From NCBI GenBank assembly GCA_964615885.1, contig CAZTRG010000281.1, positions 66,535-130,534 of the forward strand: 64,000 nucleotides of DNA. The letters are read 5' to 3'. The position numbers and the translations under genes were made by a program. Shown here piece after piece: positions 42,948 to 53,400 of this stretch. The notes below the pieces were generated by a model that saw only the letters and a list, made by a program, of their open reading frames with translations, made no database searches and was not told the origin of the DNA. The DNA comes from an uncultured Planctomycetia bacterium. Its GTDB lineage: Bacteria; Planctomycetota; UBA8108. How positions within the stretch are numbered: position 1 is the first letter of the stretch; every line of letters begins with the position of its first letter.

Positions 42948-45248
42948 TCAACAACTTCCCGAATCATAGACGCATTCAGGGCCGGCATCCGGCGTCGGGT
43001 CGCGGCCACACTCCTGCGCCCCCGGCGCCGGCAGCGGTTCACCGCCAAGGAAGAGCCAGCCCAGCAGGCGGATGGCATCGGAGATATCAACCTTCCCGTT
43101 ATCGTCACTATCAGCAGTCTCGAGGCAGCCCGGAGCGCCGGAACCCTGGAAGAGATAGTCCAGGACAAGGATCGCATCGGTCAATTCCACCGAGCCGTTT
43201 CCATCTGTATCTCCCCGGCGGAAGAGCTCTCCCTCCGGAGGCGGCAGAACTCCCTCCCCCGGAACCCGGGTGACTCCCGAAAAGGAGGCCGGGCCTTCAA
43301 TATCGGTCCTGTAGACACCAAGTGCCGCCCCTCCGTCTCCAGGAGCTACGTTCGCATCAAACCAGAAATTGTACAGGCTGCCCCAGCCAAGAGGGTTGGA
43401 GTCCGGATGCGCCGCAAAAGAGCTTGTCGACCAGGTCACTCCTGATGCGTTCCGCTCAGCAGCCCATGGCTCGTTGTTGAAGCCATCCTCGGATGACTCA
43501 ACCGCCCTGAAGCCGATTCCGCTGACGGTAACATCCGACCCGACCGGGATCGAAAGGGACGAGACCGACCGGTGCATATCAAGATTGTAGAGCGCGTACT
43601 CATAGTGGTAGGTCCCGTCAGGGTTCTGGCTGACATGGACATCCAGGTAGCAGCGGCCGTCATCGACCAGCTCGCCTTCGGGGATAACCGTACGGCTGCC
43701 ACCCTCCCAGGCATCGAGGGCAGGTCCCGGGTTGCCGATCACCTGCCGGAAGTCGAAATCCCACTCGCCGCCGGGATTGCCGGAAATATCAAGCTCCTGC
43801 CAGCCAAGGCTGTTGGTGTGCTCGGAGTCATCGTGGGAGAGAGTGAAAAGCTCGACGACGTAGCGCGTATCCGGATTGGCGGCGGGATCGATGTCGGAAT
43901 CTTTCGCCGTGAGGCGGTGCTGGATCGGATTGTGATTCGAGCTGGTCGTATCAATATGCGAACCTGCGTAGGTAAACTCTCCTGTCCAGGGGTTGATCTC
44001 GTGGCGGGGGCCGAAGGTCCGCTGTGACGCATTCGTGGTCACACCATAGATGTCGGCACAGCCAGATCCCAGGTTCCCATCGGGATCCCTGCGACAGGTC
44101 AGTCCACAAACTCCGCTGGTCTGCGAGGCCGAGAAACCATGCTTCACCCACGACTGCCCGATCTGCTCGAGGCGGCCTCCCTGGATGCGGTAGAGGTTGA
44201 AGACCAGGAAAGGATGCCGCGGGTCCGGGTTGCCGTACCAGTCCACCGACTCGCTGCCCATATTGCAGATAGTCGACTGCATTGAGATGGCGACCACATC
44301 GCCGAGGCGCCCCATCTGCCTGATGTTGCTCATGCTCGAGATGGTGATGTCTGCACCCTCGCCTACAGGGGGCGGCTCTGCACAGCTGAGCCCGAGGGTA
44401 AAGCTTCCACTGGCCCCATTGTAGCCCGAGACCCGGATCCAGTAGCTTTCACCGGCCTCGACCTCGTAGGCCGCAGTTGACTGGAGGCCACAGGAGTCAT
44501 CATTGCAGACCAGCTCGTTCTCCTCGCTGGGAGGACAGTCGGAATGAATCGAAAGCACGGTGTCGTACCCGCTGCCGCAGGTGGTGGCTGTCAGCAGGCA
44601 GGCCTGGGTAGCGACATGACGAAAAATCACATCGGGGCTGCGCGAAGAACTGCCGCAGGAAGCGCTGCCGGTGCTCTTCAATCCCGAGGTGCTCCCCTCC
44701 ACCGTATCAGTGATATCGATCTCCTGCGCATCTTCACAGGTCACCGGCTCCGGTTCCGGCTCCGGCTCGGGGCCGGCTCCTTTTGAGCCAAGCTCGAGAG
44801 TATAATCACCCGTCGCACCACGGTACCCGGCGAGACGAACCAGGTACTCAGTTCCAGCACTCGCATCAAACTCCACCTCGGACTGCCTGGAGCCCGCCTC
44901 ACAGGCATCGTCGTTACAGCTAAGCTCGTTGTCTTCATCGCCAGGGCAGCCGGAATAGACCGACAGGACCGTATCGAAGTCACTTCCACAGGTGGTAACC
45001 AGCACCCGGCTGTCCGTCTCGGCGGTAAATCTGAACCAGTTAGACGCGCTGTTGTCAGAACGTCCACAGTCAGAATCCCCACTCCTTGGAGCGCCCCTGG
45101 TGGAGCCGCTGATGGTCTCCAGCCCAATCGCCGCCGCCTCTGCACAGGAATCCTGGGCAGTAACATTGCTGCTGAGGGCCAGCCCGAAAAATACGACGAA
45201 ACAGGCAATCGCTTGAACTGGGAGGACAAATCCCGGCTTCTTCTGCAT
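42948..45248 (-). CDS. Secreted protein with repeated PPC-like beta-sandwich domains and a C-terminal dockerin-like module
   Basis: Signal peptide. Repeated Cys-containing ~100-aa modules (…WFRFTAETDSRVLVTTCGSDFDTVLSVYSGCPGDEDNELSCNDD…, and again …IFRHVATQACLLTATTCGSGYDTVLSIHSDC…). C-terminal GDTDGNGSVELTDAILVLDYLF…DSDDNGKVDISDAIRLLGWLF. Confidence 0.75.
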   Translation of the reverse strand: MQKKPGFVLPVQAIACFVVFFGLALSSNVTAQDSCAEAAAIGLETISGSTRGAPRSGDSDCGRSDNSASNWFRFTAETDSRVLVTTCGSDFDTVLSVYSGCPGDEDNELSCNDDACEAGSRQSEVEFDASAGTEYLVRLAGYRGATGDYTLELGSKGAGPEPEPEPEPVTCEDAQEIDITDTVEGSTSGLKSTGSASCGSSSRSPDVIFRHVATQACLLTATTCGSGYDTVLSIHSDCPPSEENELVCNDDSCGLQSTAAYEVEAGESYWIRVSGYNGASGSFTLGLSCAEPPPVGEGADITISSMSNIRQMGRLGDVVAISMQSTICNMGSESVDWYGNPDPRHPFLVFNLYRIQGGRLEQIGQSWVKHGFSASQTSGVCGLTCRRDPDGNLGSGCADIYGVTTNASQRTFGPRHEINPWTGEFTYAGSHIDTTSSNHNPIQHRLTAKDSDIDPAANPDTRYVVELFTLSHDDSEHTNSLGWQELDISGNPGGEWDFDFRQVIGNPGPALDAWEGGSRTVIPEGELVDDGRCYLDVHVSQNPDGTYHYEYALYNLDMHRSVSSLSIPVGSDVTVSGIGFRAVESSEDGFNNEPWAAERNASGVTWSTSSFAAHPDSNPLGWGSLYNFWFDANVAPGDGGAALGVYRTDIEGPASFSGVTRVPGEGVLPPPEGELFRRGDTDGNGSVELTDAILVLDYLFQGSGAPGCLETADSDDNGKVDISDAIRLLGWLFLGGEPLPAPGAQECGRDPTPDAGPECVYDSGSC

Positions 45249-45511
45249 TAGATCAACTCCAGTGAATATTTTTTACCTTGGCGGGGAGAGTCACAAAGCT
45301 GCCCACCCCTTTTTCCCGCAGGAACCAGCCAAGTGACCCGGACCCCTGCCCTGTGAGTACAATTATACAGGTAATCTGATGGGAGGGCATCTCCCCGGTA
45401 TAACATATGTCCAGATAGCGCCACCGGCGGAATCACCAGCCGGCAAGCGCCCGGCTCTCAACGCGATGGCCTTATGATGTCGCATGCAAAACAAGCGCCG
45501 CTGAAACGGAG

Positions 45512-45847
45512 GTGTCCATGGGTCTGCGGACCTGGCTGAAACGAAGGCGGCTGGAAAAAAAAGCCCGGCGGATGCTGCAGGATCTTTTCCGCGACGGCAG
45601 CCTGCTCAGGGGCACCTCCCTGCGCCCCAGGCACTCATCACGAAGTGTCTTCCTGGGTTTTGAGGCCTGCGATGGAGAGCTCGCAGTGATCCGGTTCGGG
45701 ATACTGCGCCATCCCCGCCCTTATGCCTTCAGCCGCCAATCCCACGAGGTCATCGAATACTACACCTGGGATCTCTCCATACCCCTGGTGAAGGTAGAGG
45801 AAGGCCTCAACCTGACCCGGCTCCAGGGCCAGGATGCCTGTGATTGA
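45512..45847 (+). CDS. Small hypothetical protein (111 aa), basic N-terminus
   Basis: ORF only. No recognisable domain. Retained because it fills an otherwise empty 600-bp interval. Confidence 0.25.
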   Translation: MSMGLRTWLKRRRLEKKARRMLQDLFRDGSLLRGTSLRPRHSSRSVFLGFEACDGELAVIRFGILRHPRPYAFSRQSHEVIEYYTWDLSIPLVKVEEGLNLTRLQGQDACD

Positions 45848-45862
45848 CTGCCTGGCCTGGAA

Positions 45863-46621
45863 TCAACCGTACTTCCGGTTGAGCTCTCTGAAATTGGAAC
45901 GCGGCGCCCGGATCAGGCCACCCTTGATCTTTTCGCCCTCGGGATCGACGTAGACCCGGCTGGTCGGCAGCTTCGGTCCCGGCCTCTTCAGGCCCAGGAT
46001 GTGGATATTGAAGATGAAGCTGTTGTCGGTGAGGGCCTCGAACCAGTGGATGTTGTCCTTGTAGTCCGAAACCGAAGAATGCTCCCCCGCCTTGAACTTG
46101 CGATCGATGGTCGGCTTGATGATGAGGTGCTTCGGCTGGTCTTCGAGGCGGTCAAAGTGGCGACCGTGCAGGTTGCCCTTGAGGATCAGGAAGGCCGTCG
46201 CCATGTTGTTATGACCGTGGGGAAGAACCGAGTTGCCCTTGTTGAGCGCAAAGATCTGTTTGCCGAAGACCAGTCTCGAGGGCGCGCCCTCGGTCTTCTT
46301 GAAATTGAACCGCAGGCTGGTCTCTGACTTCGCCTTGATCTTGAGGTTCTTCCGCAGACGATCAAAATCCACCAGCTCGAGCAGCTCCTCCAGCCGCACC
46401 TTGGAAAACAGCTCCTCCACCTTCTCCTGCCAGATCACCTGCCGGACCTTCTCGTCCTTGAGATCCCGGCAGACCTGGTTGACCTCGGTGAGCCATTTGC
46501 CGGTGACCGGCTTTACCTCCTGGCCGAAGGCGTCGTTCTCAAAAAGAGTTTCCAGCAGGGAATAGGTCAGAACGGAGCCCAGGGCGCCGCGGGTGAACTC
46601 TCTGCGTGTCAACTTACCCAT
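45863..46621 (-). CDS. TAT-signal hypothetical protein, possibly cupin-fold
   Basis: Twin-arginine motif RREFTRGALG. His-rich block HGHNNMATAFLILKGNLHGRHFD. Confidence 0.5.
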   Translation of the reverse strand: MGKLTRREFTRGALGSVLTYSLLETLFENDAFGQEVKPVTGKWLTEVNQVCRDLKDEKVRQVIWQEKVEELFSKVRLEELLELVDFDRLRKNLKIKAKSETSLRFNFKKTEGAPSRLVFGKQIFALNKGNSVLPHGHNNMATAFLILKGNLHGRHFDRLEDQPKHLIIKPTIDRKFKAGEHSSVSDYKDNIHWFEALTDNSFIFNIHILGLKRPGPKLPTSRVYVDPEGEKIKGGLIRAPRSNFRELNRKYG

Positions 46622-46634
46622 GCCTGGTCCTCCT

Positions 46635-47558
46635 TTAGAGCCCTAGGGCCCGGTCCATTCGTTCTGCAATCTCCTTGAGCCGCTCTTTTCCGCCGCCGCC
46701 TACCTCCGCTGTTGACCAGCCACTGAAGCCGATCTCCGTGAGCGCCTTTCGGACGTCAGCCCAGTCTACGTCTCCATCTCCGATCTTGCAAAAGCCGTTC
46801 TTCTTTCCCCAGTCCTTCACATCGAGCTTCACAATCCGGCGGCCGAGGGTACGGATCCAGCCGGCAGGCTTGCCGTATTTCTGATGGTTACCGATATCGA
46901 AATACGCTCCAACCCAGGGACTGTTCATCGCATCGAGGTATTCTGCCAGCTTGTCGGCTGTCTGGTTGTCCGGACCACCGTGCTCATAGCAGAAGCCATT
47001 CCAGACATTCTCAATCAGGATGTGAATTCCCAGGCGCGAGCTCAAGGGCAGCACCTTGCGGATCTGTTCAATCGACCGCTCCCAGACCTGCTCCTGGTTC
47101 TCTTTCTCCTTGTTGCCCACCCGGCCGGGAACCAGCAGGACCGAGGACCCACCCACCAGGTGCGTATCACGAACAGCGGTTTCGAGGCCGGCCCGGCCCT
47201 TCTCCCTGGTCGCGGGGTGCGGATCGGAAAGCCTCGTTCCCCAGTGAATGGAATCGACCGCTCCATGAATCGGCAAGCCGACTGCCTTGCTGGCGGCCAG
47301 CGCGGCCTTCTTATTGCAGCCGCCCGGGCTGTTCAGCTCGACCCCGTCATAGCCGAGCTCCTTGAGAAGCTCGAACTTTTCCTGGATAGAGAGCTTGCCC
47401 CGGACCATCCCGAACTTGACGGATTTAAAGATCTTCCCACGATGCTCACCGGTTGATGCCTGCAGCGGGCCGGCAGACAGCCTGGCCATGCCCAGAGCGG
47501 AAACGGCGCCTGCTGCCGAGGCGCGGATAAATTGTCTTCTTCCCAGGGGTCCAATCAT
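46635..47558 (-). CDS. Sugar phosphate isomerase/epimerase (xylose-isomerase-like TIM barrel), TAT-exported
   Basis: RRQFIRASAAGAVSALG TAT signal. AP-endonuclease-2 / xylose-isomerase-like TIM barrel blocks (ILIENVWNGF…, DIGNHQ). Confidence 0.85.
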   Translation of the reverse strand: MIGPLGRRQFIRASAAGAVSALGMARLSAGPLQASTGEHRGKIFKSVKFGMVRGKLSIQEKFELLKELGYDGVELNSPGGCNKKAALAASKAVGLPIHGAVDSIHWGTRLSDPHPATREKGRAGLETAVRDTHLVGGSSVLLVPGRVGNKEKENQEQVWERSIEQIRKVLPLSSRLGIHILIENVWNGFCYEHGGPDNQTADKLAEYLDAMNSPWVGAYFDIGNHQKYGKPAGWIRTLGRRIVKLDVKDWGKKNGFCKIGDGDVDWADVRKALTEIGFSGWSTAEVGGGGKERLKEIAERMDRALGL

Positions 47559-47782
47559 TAGTCAGCTCCGTTAAATTCTAGTTCCTCTTTATTCCAGCAG
47601 ACTCACAATGTAACCCAAAGTCTGCCCGGGCGGGATACAAGATTTTTCAGTCCTTCAATGCAGGCCGGGGCTCCCAATAGGCTCGAAAAAAAGAACGCTA
47701 TCACTTAGGCTGTCCCGGTCTGCGGCAGCCCGAACCCGGCGGGTCGTACCGGCAAAACAACCACAGGAAAATCGAGGACGCG

Positions 47783-49153
47783 ATGAGCAAGCTACAGGCC
47801 TATATCGATGAGCGTAAAGAACTGAACCTCCAGGAGCTCGTCGAGCTGCTGAAGATCCCCAGTGTCAGCACCGATCCCGCGCTTGCCGGCGAGGTCGGCA
47901 CCTGTGCGCGGCGCATGGGCGAGCTGATGACGGAGGCCGGCCTTGAAACGGAGGTCTTTGAGACCGATGGCCATCCTATTGTATACGGTGAACGCCTCGA
48001 GGCGCCGGGGGCGCCGACCGTCCTCGTATACGGACACTACGACGTCCAGCCATCGGATCCCGATGACGAGTGGGACAGCCCTCCTTTTGAGCCAACCGAA
48101 AAAGATGGATACCTCTACGCCCGTGGCGCCACCGATGACAAGGGACAGTTCTACGCTCTCATCAAGGGCATCCAGGCCTCGAGGGAGGTCAACGGCAAGC
48201 TCCCCTGCAACGTCAAGGTTCTCTGCGAGGGTGAGGAAGAGGTCGGCAGCCCCAACCTCGACCCCTTCATTCGCAAGGAGCTCGACAGGTTGGCCTGCGA
48301 TATCGTCTTCATCTCCGATTGCAGCCAGTTTGGAATCGACATGCCGGCCATCACCTACGGACTCAAGGGACTCTGCTACCTCGAGGTCTTCGTCAGGGGG
48401 CCGGCGACCGACCTGCATTCGGGAACCTTCGGAGGCTCGGTAGCCAACCCTGCCAATGTCCTCACCTGCATGATGGCCGCCTGCCAGGGACCCGATGGAA
48501 AGATCGCGATCCCGGGATTTTATGACGATGTAAGGCCACTGGAGGACTGGGAGCGAGAGATGATGGCGGAGCTTCCTTTTGACGAGGAGGAGTTCAGAAA
48601 ATCAGTTGGAGCGGTCAAAGTATTCGGGGAGGCCGGCTATACAACCCTTGAGCGAAAAGGAGCCCGGCCCACCCTCGACATCAACGGAATGATCAGTGGC
48701 TTTACCGGCGAAGGGGCCAAGACCGTTCTGCCGGCAACCGCCAGCTGCAAGTTTTCCATGCGCCTGGTGCCCGACCAGGACCCCGACAAGATTGCAAACC
48801 TTGTCTGCGACTTCCTGAACGAGATGGCTCCCGATACCGTCGAGGTCGAGGTCCGCCCCCACCACGGCGCCAGCCCGGTCATCGTTTCCCGCGATGGCGC
48901 TGCCGTCAAGGCGGCTGAAAAGGCCCTTGAGACGGGGTTTGGCAACCGGCCGGTGTTCGTCCGGGAGGGGGGCTCGATCCCTGTCGTCAACACCTTCCAG
49001 GAAGCGCTGGGAGCAGAGAGCCTCCTGGTCGGCCTGGGGCTCCCCGACGACAACCTGCACGCACCCAACGAACACTTTCGCATCGTTGATTTCCACCGCG
49101 GCGCCGTAACCATGGCCGCCTTCCTCCAGGAGTACGGCAACGGCGAAGACTGA
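47783..49153 (+). CDS. M20 family metallopeptidase (dipeptidase / DapE-ArgE-like)
   Basis: HYDVQP, GATDDKG, CEGEEEVGS metal-ligand blocks and a dimerisation domain. Confidence 0.9.
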   Translation: MSKLQAYIDERKELNLQELVELLKIPSVSTDPALAGEVGTCARRMGELMTEAGLETEVFETDGHPIVYGERLEAPGAPTVLVYGHYDVQPSDPDDEWDSPPFEPTEKDGYLYARGATDDKGQFYALIKGIQASREVNGKLPCNVKVLCEGEEEVGSPNLDPFIRKELDRLACDIVFISDCSQFGIDMPAITYGLKGLCYLEVFVRGPATDLHSGTFGGSVANPANVLTCMMAACQGPDGKIAIPGFYDDVRPLEDWEREMMAELPFDEEEFRKSVGAVKVFGEAGYTTLERKGARPTLDINGMISGFTGEGAKTVLPATASCKFSMRLVPDQDPDKIANLVCDFLNEMAPDTVEVEVRPHHGASPVIVSRDGAAVKAAEKALETGFGNRPVFVREGGSIPVVNTFQEALGAESLLVGLGLPDDNLHAPNEHFRIVDFHRGAVTMAAFLQEYGNGED

Positions 49154-49173
49154 GCAGGATCTTGAGCCTGGCC

Positions 49174-50379
49174 CTAGGACCCCGGTGCGGGCTGCGGACC
49201 GGTCTCTTTGCTGCCGGCCGGGGACGGTTTCCCCGGCTTGTTTTCCCCGGAAGTGAGCGTGTTCTCGAGAAAGATCTCGATATGGGCCGCCTCCCTCAGG
49301 CGCTTGAGATCCTGCGCCCGCGCAATCCTGTGGCGCTCGTTGAGAAGGGTGCTCTCTATTTCGGACTGTGCCTCGGCATAGCTTTTTGGCTTCCCCTTGA
49401 CGACATCCTCCATGCGGAAGAAATAGACCCTCGACGCCGCCCGGTGCGGCCCGGAAATCTTGCCCTTGGCGAGCGCTTTCAATGCCTGGGGAATAGGGAA
49501 CTGGAAGTGCTTGAGCTCACTCCACTTTTCATTGTGCAGGCTCTTTCGCAACCTGGGGGTCGCCTGGTGCTCCTCGGAATGTTTTACCGCAAGCTCGCCA
49601 AAGGACTTACCTGCAGCCAGGCCCTCATTCACCTGCCGGATCTTCACCGGCAGGTTGATATCCGCCGAAAGCACAATCTGCTGAAAGACAACCTCCTGCG
49701 GGGTGGAAAACTTATCCCGGTGGCTGCGATAGTAGGCGCGGGACTGGGCCGGAGAAACAAACCGGTCTATTTTCGGGAAGACCTCCCTGTAGAGGTAATC
49801 ATTCCGCAGGAGCTTCTCACGAACCTTGCGAATGACCTCCTCTCTGGTGTTGCCGAACTCGCTCTTGTGCTTGGCAAAGTAATCCTCTCGCGTGGTGAAA
49901 TCCTTGTAGCCGGTCTTCTTGAGGTCAGCAATTTCATTGTCGATAAAGCTCATCACCAGCTCAATCGGCACGCCCGTATCAAGATCCCGCCCGGGCAGCA
50001 AGGCCTCCCCTGCCTGCAGAACCAGCTCACCCTCGATCATCTGCTTCAGGACCACCTTTTCTTCGTGGCGGCGGTTGATCTCTCCCGCGGGCACCTTGGC
50101 CCGCACCACAATCTCGTTGATCCTGCGGTCGAGCTGTTTTTTCAGGTCCGCCCGCGTGATGACCCTGTTGCCGACGATGGCTGCAATTCCGCCAAGGGTT
50201 CTCTCCTCGGTCCGGGGAGCAACCTCCTGGCCGGCAGCTTCCGCAACCGATGGCTTGACCGGAGAAGCCTGGCCCGGGGGGGCCTGTGCCAGCACCGGGG
50301 CCAACACCGGTGCCAGTATTGGCACCAGTAGTATTAGTGCCAGTTTCTGTGTCGCGATCAACACAGCCTTGCTCAACAT
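49174..50379 (-). CDS. SurA-like periplasmic chaperone with parvulin-type PPIase domain
   Basis: Signal peptide, SurA N-terminal domain, PpiC-like segment (FSTPQEVVFQQIVL…GKSFGELAVKHSEE…GPHRAASRVYFFRM). Confidence 0.7.
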   Translation of the reverse strand: MLSKAVLIATQKLALILLVPILAPVLAPVLAQAPPGQASPVKPSVAEAAGQEVAPRTEERTLGGIAAIVGNRVITRADLKKQLDRRINEIVVRAKVPAGEINRRHEEKVVLKQMIEGELVLQAGEALLPGRDLDTGVPIELVMSFIDNEIADLKKTGYKDFTTREDYFAKHKSEFGNTREEVIRKVREKLLRNDYLYREVFPKIDRFVSPAQSRAYYRSHRDKFSTPQEVVFQQIVLSADINLPVKIRQVNEGLAAGKSFGELAVKHSEEHQATPRLRKSLHNEKWSELKHFQFPIPQALKALAKGKISGPHRAASRVYFFRMEDVVKGKPKSYAEAQSEIESTLLNERHRIARAQDLKRLREAAHIEIFLENTLTSGENKPGKPSPAGSKETGPQPAPGS

Positions 50380-50427
50380 ATAAAACTCCTGTTCGGGCAG
50401 CCTAGCGTACCCCGTTACTGTAAAGCT

Positions 50428-53400
50428 TCACTTCGAGATGTCCACGAAACGTCTTCCAAGGCGGCGGGTTTGGGGGAATTTGCCGCTCTCAAGCCATTGG
50501 GACACGAGTAAAAACACCTCTTTTCCGGGCTTTTTCACTTTTTCTATCAGACCTTCTTTCTGGAGGCAAACGGCCACCGTCGAGCCATCCAGCACCACAA
50601 CGCGGCAAGGACAAGCATCGAGAAGGTCCTTCATCCTCGCCCCGCCCCTGAGCAGAAGGTTGCCGTCTTCACAGCCGATATACTCGATCTCCCAGGCGTT
50701 GCAGTCAATGCGCAGCTGCTGCAGGTCAAAAAGCTGCACCACCGGGGGAGGAAGCTTCCCGTAGCAATCCCGTAATTCATCTCGCAGGTCAGCAAGCGAG
50801 TCGCGGCTCCGCGCGGTTGAGATCTTCCTGTAGATCTCGAGCTTGGGCTCATGCGACCTGGTGAACTCATCGGGAATAAACGCCCTCAAGGCGAGGTCTA
50901 CCTCGACACTGACCGGCTCGCTGTAGTGCTCATCTTTCATCGTATGAACACACTTCTCCAGCAGGCGGCAATACATCTCATAGCCGACCGTGGCGATATG
51001 CCCACTCTGCTGTTTGCCGAGAATATTGCCGGCCCCACGGATCTCCAGGTCACGCATGGCAATCTGGAAACCGGAACCCAGCCCGGAAAATTCAACCAGG
51101 GCCTTGAGCCGCTTGAGTGCATCGGGGTTCACGTGCCGCTGCTCGGGCAGGAAAAGATAGCAATAGGCCTGGTTCTTATAGCGGCCGACACGCCCGCGAA
51201 GCTGGTGGAGGTCGGCCAGTCCATAGCGGTCAGCCTCGTTGATAATGATGGTGTTGACCCGGGGAATGTCGATTCCACTTTCAATAATGGTCGTGGCGAT
51301 CAGGACATCGGCCTCGTGCCGCATGAAGGCCCCCATCCTGGCCTCCAGCTCCCTTTCTTTCATCTGGCCATGTACCACCAGGGTCCGCGCCTCCGGAACC
51401 GCACGGCGCACCTCAGCCTGGAGCACCTCGATATCCATAACCCGGTTGTGTACCAGGTAGACCTGCCCATCCCTGTTCAGCTCCCGGATAATGATCTCCC
51501 GCATGTGGTCTGAATCAAAATGACTGATCTCCGTCTGGATCGCCATGCGCCCCTGCGGCGCCGTAGCCAGGCTCGAGATGTCTCGTATACCCAGGAGAGC
51601 CATATGCAGGGTTCTTGGAATCGGCGTTGCCGAGAGGGTCAGCACATCTACCTGCTTGCGGAGCTGCTTCAGCTTTTCCTTATGGACCACGCCGAATCTC
51701 TGCTCTTCATCAATGACCACCAGGCCCAGGTTCCTGAACCCGACATCGCGAGAGAGAAGGCGATGGGTACCGATCAGGATGTCGAGCTGCCCCTTGCTGG
51801 CCCTCTCAACAATCTCCTGCTGCTGGGCACGCGTACGGAACCTGCTGAGAACATCAATCGTTACAGGGAAGCCGGCCATCCTCTCGGCAAAGGACTTGTA
51901 ATGCTGCTGGGCCAGGAGAGTTGTCGGCACGAGAATCGCGGCCTGGCGCCCTCCCTCGACCGCCTTGAAGGCCGCCCGCATGGCCAGCTCGGTCTTGCCG
52001 TAGCCCACATCCCCGCAGACCAGGCGGTCCATTGGCCGGGCGGCCTGCATGTCATCCTTGATCGCCAGGGTCACCTCGACCTGGTCGACGGTGTCCTCAA
52101 AGGGAAAAGACGCCTCGAACTGGCGCTGCCACTCGCTGTCTTCGCCACATGCGATACCCGGGCGCTCCATCCGTCCTGCCTGGACATCCAGCAGCTCGGC
52201 AGCGAGATCCATCAGGGCGGCCTCGACCTCGTCCTTCTTGCGTGACCAGTTGACCCCCCCCACCTTGTCGAGAGTCGGGGCGCGGTCTCCGCTGCCGATG
52301 TATTTCTGAACGAGATCAATCTTCGAGACCGGGACATAAACCTTCACATCTCCCTTAAAAACCAGGGCCAGGAATTCCTGCTCGATGCCGTCCTTTTCAA
52401 AAGCCTCTATTCCAAGGTAGCGCCCGACTCCATGTACAAGGTGAACAACATGGTCGCCGCTTTTCAGCTCGAGGAAACTCCGGATTGCCCGGCCGGCAGA
52501 GGTCTTTGCCCTCCGCGGACGCCGGACGATCTGGCGGTTGAAGAACTCCCGCGCTGTCAGCACCGCCCGGGAGAGAGCCGTCACCTCGAAACCACGCCGG
52601 AGGGAGCCGACCTCGAGGGAAATACTCTCCTCGGCGTCGAGGTGGTTGTCCCGGAGCAGCTCCCGGAAACGCTTGTGCTCCCCCTCGCTTTCACAATACA
52701 GAACCAGCTCCGTTCCTTCCGCGATCCGCGACCGCAGGGATTCAAAGGCCCGCGAAATATCTACGGAGACGGCCTGCTCTACCGACCCGAAGCCGAGATT
52801 GATGGCCGGCATGGAATCCTGGGTGGGAGGCATGCACGATGCATACAGGCTGCTGCAGCCACGGAGCTTTCCCAGGAAGCTGTCCCGGCTGGACTCCCCT
52901 TCGGAGCCCAGGAGGTTATGAAAGACCTTCGCCGCTCTTTCCAGGACGGCCTCATCTTCCCACAGCACGACCCGGTCCCCAGCTCGGAGATAATCAAAAA
53001 GAAGCGCCTCCCCACCCCGGTAGCAATCCTGGAAGATCCCATCGCGATCAGCCAGGACCAGGTCCATGCGGCCCTCTCCGCAATCCGGAAGAGAACGCTG
53101 GGTGGCCGGGTCATAGCGGCGAATCGATTCGATCGAATCACCGAAGTACTCGAGCCGGACAGGGGTGTCCGCCGCATGGGCAAAAACATCAAAGATGTCG
53201 CCGCGGCTGGAAAACTCTCCCACCTCCTCGGCGAGCCGCACATTGCGGTAGCCCTTCTCCGTCAGCATCTTCGCCAGCTCACCAGGGGCTAATTCAAGAC
53301 CCGGCCGAAGCTCGAGCCGGTCCCTGCCCAGCACAGTGGCCTGCGGTACCGGCTGGATAAGTGCATGGACCGGGGTGACGATGAAGCTCCTGCCTTCATC

